Assembly (NCBI GenBank): GCA_951406725.2
Contig: OX597815.1
Span: 74,958,001 to 75,022,000, forward strand
Length of the DNA stretch: 64,000 bases
Direction of reading: 5' to 3'
Source of the DNA: Octopus vulgaris
Lineage: Eukaryota
Shown here: one piece after another, positions 54,504 through 64,000 of the stretch
Numbering within the stretch: the stretch's first letter is position 1
Layout of the letters: the number at the start of each line of letters is the position of its first letter
Program-made: the position numbers and the translations under genes
Notes under the pieces: model-generated
Seen by the model: only the letters and a program-made list of their open reading frames with translations
Database searches by the model: none
Told to the model about the DNA's origin: nothing

Positions 54504-55812
54504 CATGCATGCATACATACATACACACATACACACATACATACATAACTACATACATACATACATACATGTGTACATACATAAAGGCATTCATATACAC
54601 ATACATTATTATGTATACGTATGCATGCATACTTTCATACATACATGCATATATACATACAATGATTTGGGATAGAGGAGAGAAACTGTGTATACTTGTG
54701 AAAATTAGTTGCCCACTGGATGTTAACATAAAGTTGAAGATCAGTGGAAAAGAGAACACCTATGCTGAACTATTGAGAAATCTGCAGTTACTCTATCCAG
54801 ATTACAAGTTCAGGTTTATACCTGTAATTATTGGGGCCCTGGGATATGTAACACATTTCCTAAATGCTAATCTTGAGAAATTAGGCTTCTCAAAACCAGA
54901 AAGGAGAAAGCTAATTTGAAGACTACAGGTCCAATCCATCACGGGAACTGTAAAAATCTGTAAAACTTTCCAGAAGTTTATCATTTAAATATATATGAGT
55001 TTGTCTAGATATGCAACTATATGCATGAGAATACATAAAACATACAAATCTGCACATGCATACATACTAACAAAAATATCCTGTTGTTGATGTTGAAATT
55101 CCAATGAAGGAATCTTGGATCTAGGTTAGAAACCAGCTCTTTCTCTATTGGCAAAAAAATCTTGAAGTAAACTGAATAATGACATACATACATCATACAT
55201 ATATACATACATACACATACATACATACATATATACATACATACACATACATACATACATATATACATACATACATACATACATACATACATACATACAT
55301 CATACATACATACATCATACATACATACATATATACATCATACATACATATATACATCATACATAGATACATCATACATATATACATCATACATACATAC
55401 ATACATACATCATACATACATCATACATACATACATATATACATACATACATTCATACATACATACATACATACATATATACATCATACATATATACATC
55501 ATACATACATACATGCATACATACATCATACATATATACATACATACATACATCATACATACATGCATGCATGCATACATACATACATACATACATACAT
55601 ACATACATACATACATACATACATACATACATACATACATACATACATACATACATACATACATACATACATACATACATACATACATACATACATACAT
55701 ACATACATACATACATACATACATACATACATACATACAAACAAACAAACAAACAAACAAACAAACAAACAAACAAACAAACAAACAAACAAACAAACAA
55801 ACAAACAAACAA
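54115..55812. repeat. Compound microsatellite (TA)n/(TACA)n/(TGCA)/(AACA)n, interrupted by the R4-like fragment
   Basis: Degenerate CATA repeats 54155-54660 and 55182-55570, perfect (CATA)n 55575-55738, (CAAA)n 55738-55812. Confidence 0.95.
54661..55181 (+). mobile_element. 3' fragment of an R4/Dong-like non-LTR retrotransposon (restriction-like endonuclease + 3'UTR)
   Basis: MIWDRGEKLCILVKISCPLDVNI...KENTY..L...L..LYP.....FIPVIIGALG, typical of the RLE C-terminus of R4-clade elements; embedded in (TACA)n. Confidence 0.75.
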
Positions 55813-56188
55813 AAGACTACTTCTTAAACTCATTTTTGGTCTTTCTCTCTTACCGATGCCATTTCCTAGGGTTTCTAAGGCCTGCAAATCACTTGAAACT
55901 GGCCCCAAGTCAGCCCCTCAGCAGCATCAGCCCAACTATCAATTTAATTTGAATTAATTTATGTTGATTATTCTTTCATTTGTTTCAGTCATTTGACTGC
56001 GGCCATGCTGTAGCACCGCCTTTAGTTGAACAAATCGACCCCAGAACTTATTCTTTGTAAGCCTAGTACTTATTCTATCGGCCTCTTTTGCCGAACCGCT
56101 AAGTTACGGGGACGTAAACACACTAGCATCGGTTGTCAAGCGATGTTGGGGGGATAAACACAGACACAAAAGTAAATATGCATATGTG

Positions 56189-56221
<33 letters not shown>

Positions 56222-56253
56222 GCAAATTTGTCTGATCTCTAGTGGTTAAGCTG

Positions 56254-56290
<37 letters not shown>

Positions 56291-56487
56291 GTATTAGTAT
56301 TATCCCTTTGACCCTTGTTTATTAGTATTATTATTTCGCCTCGTATTGCATATTCTGTATAATTTATTAGTTATTGTTGACCATCGGTTTTCCGGCCTCG
56401 TGTCTCGCTAAATACAGAATAGATATTTGAGTTTCTCCATACAGGATTTTTTCAATGGAGGCCGATTTTCGCGGGGTTCCACTATTC

Positions 56488-56522
<35 letters not shown>

Positions 56523-57755
56523 TTTTACGTTGTATGCCCTCCCCCCCTCTTCCTTTCCCCCTTCCATTGCTAAGAGCATTTTTAAGCCAGCCCGTCAAGT
56601 TCAACCTTCGCATATTCCCGGTGCACCCGCCCTTGCCCACCCCCACCACCAATACCGGATATCTCTATATTTTTGCTCCATCTATACCGGATGTCGCTTC
56701 TCCCACCACCATTATAGGTGTCTACTCTTCGAACCCCACTCTTCAATACGCTATTTCACCATGCATTACCCCTCTCGTGATACCCTACGTTCTACTTGTC
56801 TAGAACATGTCATCGTTTCTCCGAACACCCCTCCCCACTGGTGCTCCCCTATATTTCTGCACCCTCCCCCCACATAAAAAGCACCATCCGAACGTGGCCG
56901 ATGCCAGCACCGCCCCGACTGGCTTCTGTGCAGGTGGCACATAAAAAGCACCAACCGACCCAGACCCCGGTTGAAACCGTCCAACCCGTGCTAGCGCGGA
57001 AAACGGACGTTAAACGATGATGATGATGATGATGATATATATGCGTGTATGTGTGTATTTGTGTATCTGTTTTTGTTCCCCCAACATTGCTTGACAACTG
57101 ATACTGGTGTGTTTATGTCTCTGTAACTTCGCAGTTCGGCAAAAAAGACCAATAGAGTAAGTACTAGGCTCACAAGGAATAAGACCTGAGGTCAATTTGC
57201 TCGACTAAAGGCAGTGCTCCAGCATGGCCACAGTCAAATGACTGAAGCACATAAAAGAATAGATTTATTGTGTAAAGTTTTCAGTGATAAAAGCTCATTG
57301 TTCAACACATGTTGGAAGTGTCTGAACATACAGAAAAACAACAAGGACTGCATCACATATGCTGGTAGAGTAAACAGAGAATGCCAAAAGTTTAAGCTAT
57401 ATGAATTAATGCCAGATCTGTTCAAATGCCCGATTTTTACACAAGGACTTACTGCTGAAAAGGACGCAGGAGTTAGAACTAGAATTCTTGAAAAGCTGGA
57501 ACAAAAAACTCAAAAATATATATGTATGTGCGTATGTGTATAGATATGTATTTGTATATGTGTGTGTATATTTGTATATGTGTGTGTGTGTATATATATG
57601 ATGATGATATCACCATCATCATCATTTAACGTCTGCTTTCCATGCTGGCATGGTTTGGACGGTTTGACTGGGGACTGGTGAGCCAGATGGCTGCACCAGG
57701 CTCTGATCTGGCAGAGTTTCTACTGCTGGATGCCCTTCCTATATGTATGTATATA

Positions 57756-57798
<43 letters not shown>

Positions 57799-59466
57799 GA
57801 ATATGTGAATATATGTAAGTGTGTATATATGTTTATGTTTAAGTTTTGTCACCTTAATCTATATAATAATGTTGAATTTGGAAAATTGATTTTTTAGTAG
57901 ATTAATTCAGAATTTTGAATCCTTTTAGTGCATATTCTTGTCATTATTGTAATATACATCATTATATTAGTAATTAATATTAATTACATATTACAAATAA
58001 GATGTCTTCATTATACTAAATAATTATATGTATAAATACATTCATTCAAATTATTAATTAATTGATGATGATGACGATGACGACTAGTTTTATTTGACTT
58101 ATTAACTAAATTTAATAACCACAATAATAATTATTATAGTATTGTATAGTTTATAACTTGTATTCTTATTACAACAATATTTTTTTTGTTACTTTTAAAA
58201 GAATTAATAAAATTTGGATATATACTATTTATAGTCCTTAATATAAAAAAATAATAATATTAATTATATTTATCAAAGATCGGTACTCAATCCTTGTTTT
58301 TGTTTATATTACTTAATTTTTATTTACTGAGTTCTCTCTTCCATAATATATGAATAATAATCCTTATTTAATTAGCTTCAAATCTGGTTACTTCTAAAAA
58401 ATTAGTAATATTTTGATATCCATTATGATAGCCTCACTTGATATCTGTGGGGTAATTTAGGTTTTAGTGATTGTAACTCTTAAGTTTATCTTCATATTTA
58501 TTATGGAATTCTCCCTACGATAAATTAAGTAAAGAAAGAACATTTTTGTTTGGTTTTCTCTTCATATTTATAACGGAATTCTCTCTGAAAAACTAAATAA
58601 AGAACACTTTTTATTAGTTACTTTAAACAATCTTTTTTTATATCAATTACTTTAAATAAATAAAACTTCTACAGCCAGATGCCCTTTCTGTCATCAGTCC
58701 TCACTTGTTTTGAAGTAAGGTAATTTTTTTCCACGGCCAGACATGTTTTCACGGAAGACTGGCAACAAAGAACATCACTTATATGATGGTGACATTTGTT
58801 TATATTTGTCATGTGATGTGAAACATAGGTGTACACACACACACAAACACATATAGATTATATACATACCAGTCCTTTCTAATATAGGGATAGTCAATTA
58901 CATCAACCCCAGTGCTCAACTGGTACTTATTTTATTGACCTCAAAAAGGATGAAAGGCAAAGTTGACCTCGGTGGAATTTAAATGCAGAACATAAAGACA
59001 GATGAAATTCCACTGTGCATTTTGTCTGGTATTCTAATGATTCTGCTAGCTCACTGCCTTAACTATATATGTGTACGTGTGTGTGTGTGTGCATGTTGAG
59101 AGGTCTTATAGGTGCTGGTGTCATATAAAAAGCTATATATAAAGCACCCATGCCTGTACCATGTGTAAAGTACTCATGTTGGTGTCACATCTAAAGCACC
59201 TGTGCTGTGATGATGCGGGAAAATGTAATGCAAAACTGTTAGCTTGATTGTGTGTTTACATTGTTTGAGGAGACTAGATTGTGATGTCACTATTGGGGGA
59301 GTAATGAATGTTTGACATATATAGAAGGTTAATGAGGAGAGAATATGGTCATATCTATATTAGTGTGTGTATAGGAGACTATAGCAAGATAATGAAAATG
59401 ATTATTTTGTTATGCTTTCATAGTATTCATTCATCTATTTTATGTTTTTTTTTGTTTTTTTTATAG

Positions 59467-59599
59467 CTGAGAGTTGTACTGTGCAATGACCACTGGGTTT
59501 GGCTTGTCCCTTTTTGGGCTGTGTGGCCTTATGAAACGATGCTTTTACCTCGGAGACATGTATTACATCTCCAAGATCTTTCTAAAGATGAGAAAAATA
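59467..59599 (+). CDS. GALT: GALT coding exon 7 ([44 protein letters not shown])
   Basis: Poly-T tract + TAG acceptor, GTAAAT donor; 133 nt as human exon 8; VPFWA.WP.ET.LLP motif. Remaining exons not found before 64000. Confidence 0.96.
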
Positions 59600-60779
59600 G
59601 TAAATATTTTGACGCTTCTACCTTTGCTCTTTGATTGTTAATTAACATATTAATCATTCTTAATTAATATTGCTTATTATCATCTCATTATCTGTCATTT
59701 TCACTCTCCCTTATCAACTAACATTATCTATCTATACCGCTAGCCACTTCTTCCTCTCCCCTCTTGTGCAGGTCATTCATTATCAATATCCCTCACATGT
59801 TCTTACTACTGACTATTTGTGTGATTATCCATCACTAGCTCTCTCTCCCACTACATTATGCAACTACCATCTCTCACATTAGACCCTGCCATTATTGCTC
59901 CTTTTCCATTATCCCTTAAAGCACTATCTCTCACATTTCACCCTTCTTCTACACTGTTATCCCAGATTTCTATGTCCCCACCACCAGACACTCCTTTCTT
60001 CTTTCCACCTTATTTTATCTACAACAGTAACACTCCCTTCTGTCCACCATTTACCTCATTGACTCAAATGAATGGAGACATGTGCAGTGGTGAAGACTTC
60101 TTTTGTCTTGCAGAGTACAAGACAACCTTACTAATGCTGGTGCCATAATAAAATAATACACCAAGTACACTCTGGAAAGTGATTGAAGAAATAGACACAA
60201 CATAGAGTTGAGAAACCTTATTAGTTTTGTTCTGTTGAAGTTATGGCAGCCTCTCTAGTGTTTGTATTACAATAAAATGCACCCAGTACATCCTATAAAG
60301 TGATTAATGTCAAGAAAGGCAGCTACCCATAAAAACCATTCCAAAATTAAACACATAAGTAAGAAGTGTTTCCTGGAAGAATTGAATTGGACTGTAATGA
60401 CATAGTGCAGTGCAGGCATGGCCATGGACATGGTTGTATGATTAAGTAGTTTGCTTGGCAATCACATAGTTTGGGGCTCAGTCCCTCTGAACAGCATCTT
60501 GGGCAAGTGTCTCCTACTGTTGCCTTGGGCTGTGATCAAAGCTTTGTAGGTGGTTTTGGCTCTCAATTATGAGTTGTTCAATATGATGAGTAAGAGATAA
60601 TAGGAAGATGTGCAAGTAGAATATATTTAATGGCTGATAAAAGTTGGGGTGGGTGAGGGTATAGAATAGGTGATGTGTACATTATCTTACTGTTTTAATG
60701 AACATTTTGTTGAGATTGCACAGATGTAAAATTTTCTGTGGTGCCATATATTACTAGTTGACATGGTCCTCATTTATTT

Positions 60780-61930
60780 CTAGCCTTTGCAAGTCCTCCA
60801 CACTCAAAACCTTATTACCATGCAGCAATGTTCTTCACACACAAGCATCATACAATATACTCTGAACTTTGAGAGAGAAGGCCTTTGTTGCTATCAGGAG
60901 TAATAGTACTCTGAATTTTCTCCATCCAAGGCCTTTGTTGCTACCAGGAGTAATAGTACTCTGAATTTTCTCCATCCAAGGCCTTTATTGCTATCAGGAG
61001 CAATAGTACTCTGAATTTTCTCCATCCAAGGCTTTTGTTGCTATCAGGAATAATAGTACTCTGAATTTTCTCCATCCAAGGCCTTTGTTGCTATCAGGAA
61101 TAATAGTACTCTGAACTTTCTCCATCCCATTCGTATTCTAGCTACCATACTTTCAGAACAACAGCAGCTTTCACTGCTAATTAGGTAACAAAAGCTATTG
61201 TCTAATTCTTGAGGGGAATCTATTTTCCAAGTGCTTTTAGTACTTATTGTCTTTTTGCACCCAGTGCATATGAAACCTAACTTCCCTGTTAGCCTGCATG
61301 TGATCTGACTATACTTCTTGGGTATCCATTACTTACACTGGGGACACCTCAATAGAATTTCTACTGGTTTCTTTTCTGTAAACAGAATACAGCCTGCTCC
61401 TTGATGCTATAAAGTGCCTATCTTCCTTTCTGCTTGCTAAAATTTTTGTTTTTGCTAAATGTGCTGCAAGATTCTTTGATTTCAGGTTTTGCTTCCATCT
61501 CTGACATTTCTGCTTCAGTTCTTCTTCAGATTCTACCACAAGTGCTAAGTCATCAGCGTACAGAAGTTTCCAAAGGCAACCAGTCTTAAGTTCTTCTGTT
61601 ATGGCTTAGAGGGTTATGATAAACAAGAATAAGGCTTAGAACTGGGCCTTGACAGACCTCTACCTACATGCTAAATTCATTGCTGACTCTCACCTTGGTG
61701 ACTGCCACCTTTTACACAGCTTGTACAGTCCTTATAAGCCATTCATCTAGCCCTAGTTTTCTTAGCAACTACTGATATCACAAAGTAAAGGACTCTATCC
61801 AGATCATTCACTGTTAGATATATGTACTCACTCTTGTTAGGTACATCTCTTGTATTGTTTCACTCGGAATATGGCATCAGTTGTATCTCTTCCTGAGACA
61901 AAGCCAAACTGCATCTCATTCAAACTAATC
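60780..61930 (-). mobile_element. Decayed RTE LINE RT fragment
   Basis: Minus strand: MQFGFVSGRDTTDAIF...TGCLWKLLYADDLALVVESEEEL...AKTKIL. Confidence 0.8.
60878..61127. repeat. 50-bp minisatellite, 5 copies
   Basis: AAGGCCTTTGTTGCTATCAGGAGTAATAGTACTCTGAATTTTCTCCATCC with exact period 50 (60881, 60931, 60981, 61031, 61081). Confidence 0.95.
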
Positions 61931-61949
61931 TTGTCTCATCTGGTTGGCT

Positions 61950-62620
61950 CTTGGTGAAGGAGAGAGTTTAATACTGTTGCCCTCTTTTGAGTTTCTTGCC
62001 ATAATGTAGGTTCATCTAGGAGTTTTGACTGCACATGATCAAGGTGTTTCTTGAAATCATCTGCCCCCAACTCTGTATAGATCTCACAGGTTTTTTTAGC
62101 AATATATTAAAAAAGATCTGAGCCTTTGAATCCCAAGGTATTGCAGTAACTGATCCTTACTGTAGATAGTTTATGGGACCTTTAATTTTTAGCGTCTGCT
62201 TTGCTTTCTCTTTTATAGACAGCACATATTATGCCATCCTTTAATTTTCTGCACATATGCCCTCCTTTAATTTTCTCCACTTGCAAGGAAGCTTTGAAAG
62301 AGGATTTGCTGTAATCTTGCTAGGGTCTTTTTACATTTTTTTAATGAGGATTGCTGGTAATCTATCAGTCCCAGAGGCTGAGTTTAAGCTCATTTCATCA
62401 ATGGGCATTCCTATTTTGATGTAATTGATAATTATCATTCCTTCATGTAGAGCTGTGGTGCTGAAGAATTCATCAGGCATAGTGGTCAGATAGGTTTCTG
62501 TCAGTGCTATGCATATTGCTTGATTACTTGTAACTGGGTCTCTCAGGTATGGGGGTTTATATTATGGTGGAATATTATGAGGCTCTTGGCATTCAGCAGG
62601 AACAGTGTGTAGTGTATGGT
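61950..62620 (-). mobile_element. Decayed LINE AP-endonuclease region
   Basis: Minus strand LFLLNAKSL...ICIALTETYL (APE motifs I/II), followed by decayed downstream coding sequence. Confidence 0.5.
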
Positions 62621-63713
62621 GTGACAGTAGTGGCTACTGCTGATATTATTTGGAGTTTTCCTGTAAGGAACTGATGTTTAATGATGATACAAAGCTCCAT
62701 CTTTGGAATGTAGATAAAAAAATGTCACGTTTTAAATTTAAGAAAAGTTTTGCATATTTTTACTGTTCCATTTACAGATTATATTTGCAATATGCATGTT
62801 AGCTGGTTGATTTTTCTGAAAAGTCCTAGCCTTTCCAAATTATCACTTAGGCATTTATTCACAAAACCAAGTGCACCTACTATTATTGGTATCAATATGA
62901 ATTTGTAATCTGTGTATAGAAGCTGATCTCTGTGACAATACATACTTTTCTTTTGTGACTCAAATATTGAGATCCAGCCTGTTATGTTTGCACTTATGTA
63001 TGGATATGTGTGTGTACATATGTACCTATGTATACATATTTTTAGATCATTCTATTTTCCCAGCTTTTCTTTATTCATTTTTTGTTGGTAGGTGGTAGTT
63101 AAAAAACAATTTGTAGTGCTGCTCTGCAAATTGGACTTTTTTATGTTTAGATTTTTCATTGTGGTGCTCCAGCGAATTTATCAAGCATAACTGAAATACA
63201 TAAAAGAAGAATAGTATGTCAAATTTTATAAAAGAATCATAATAGTATGTCAAATCTTATAAAAGTGAACATTCTGAGTCATAGAGCATAGTATTTGACA
63301 ACTACAAAACAGAATTAACACATGACTGTTGACGTAGACGCCTAATGGTTAAAAGTTTTTTACGGTAATGTCTACATAGATTTTACTTCTCTAAAAGTGG
63401 CAATGATGGTCTCTCCTGTCATTGATGACAGAATAGGGTTTTTACTGAATAATCTGCATTGATGATTTGTTTATAGTGATTGAATTAGCTCACTTACTTA
63501 ATCAAATTGATATTGTCTCCATTGGTGCATGGTATGCCACAAGTCAGATGTCTAAGTGATTGCAGAGCGACATGAAATGAAGTCTTTTGCTCAAGAACAT
63601 AATGTATTGCCTGGGTACGATAATTTAAACCATGACTTCATGATTGTGAGTGCAATACCCTAACCACTAGGCCATATGCCCTCACTAAAAGTTGTAATAC
63701 TGAATCCAAATAT

Positions 63714-64000
63714 ATATGGGCATCTGTCCCATACGGGATAACAGATATTTATGGGCACCTGTCCATACGGGATAACAGGAAAAAATTGCCCCCACCTCCA
63801 CCCCAAATACTGTCCTAAATACAGAATCCATGGTTCTGATCCTAAATACGGATGCATAAAAGGCAATGGATGCACCTTATTCCATCCTAAACTGTGCCAA
63901 ACTTCTGTCTCACAAAGGATGTGCCTGAACCCAGAATGCAACCACCACCATCTGAAGGGCACAAAACAATCACAGAATAAATATAAACAGGAACAGAGGA
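63714..64000 (+). mobile_element. Tandem CCCH zinc-finger ORF fragment, probably ORF1 of a non-LTR retrotransposon; runs off the window
   Basis: From 63751: MGTCPYGITGKNCPHLHPKYCPKYRIHGSDPKYGCIKGNGCTLFHPKLCQTSVSQRMCLNPECNHHHLKG..., open to 64000. Its first ~30 nt are duplicated at 63714-63744. Confidence 0.55.

Larger units (their letters stand above)
53199..57513 (+). mobile_element. Gypsy-like LTR retrotransposon remnant (short LTR, gag) split by nested insertions
   Basis: TGTTGT...CAACA LTR-like unit (53199-~53383) and PBS-like TGGTGACAATGAGG. gag reads EFKYEPDEGVTFKAYNRRYE...YVLPRKLSDIHFNDTI, stops at 53949 and resumes at ~57263 with DLLCKVFSDKSSLFN...FTQGL...RTRILEKLEQ. Confidence 0.7.

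Noticed and set aside
55100-55140. CCAATGAAGG...GAAACCAG hammerhead-like motif in the R4-like 3'UTR
   Set aside because: The core deviates from CUGANGA at two positions and stem II is weak; not supportable from one copy.
54010-55957. Many long HTYI/MYVC-repeat ORFs
   Set aside because: Translations of (TACA)n microsatellite; only 54661-54985 is real TE coding sequence.
57840-58665. Extremely AT-rich stretch as a mitochondrial insertion
   Set aside because: No recognisable mitochondrial gene or tRNA; only low complexity and a short diverged direct repeat.
60878-61127. Regular 50-bp array as CRISPR
   Set aside because: Head-to-tail units with no spacers.
59600-64000. Next GALT exon (LA..MK.L..KYDNLF..SFPYSMGWHG)
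   Set aside because: No matching sequence found; presumably downstream of the window.

Overview
AT-rich, repeat-dense animal genomic DNA. The SINE/RTE repertoire with (GAT)n tails suggests a coleoid cephalopod, probably an octopus (inference). The only host gene is GALT (galactose-1-phosphate uridylyltransferase) on the + strand. Seven coding exons were reconstructed by hand (3393-3414, 23844-24013, 32785-32860, 41215-41393, 44266-44322, 51976-52098, 59467-59599; 760 nt, all GT-AG and phase-compatible), including the catalytic HPHCQ motif. The last exons lie beyond the window. The rest is intron or upstream DNA filled with decayed mobile elements: an Academ-like transposase+XPG element, Chapaev3, a DD41D Tc1/mariner, Merlin- and piggyBac-like MITEs, a Helitron-like element, Penelope-like elements, RTE and other LINEs, an R4/Dong-like RLE fragment, a Gypsy gag and many SINEs. 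Most ORFs in the supplied track are microsatellite or repeat artefacts. I see no convincing new multi-gene system. The best leads are: a Penelope-like insertion combining a tRNA-like head with hammerhead-ribozyme pseudo-LTRs; two unrelated foldback elements carrying telomeric repeats; a 2-kb hierarchical tandem array made from an RTE 3' end, with its empty site next door; an R4-like element inside a (TACA)n tract within a nested insertion; and a long hairpin just upstream of the catalytic exon.
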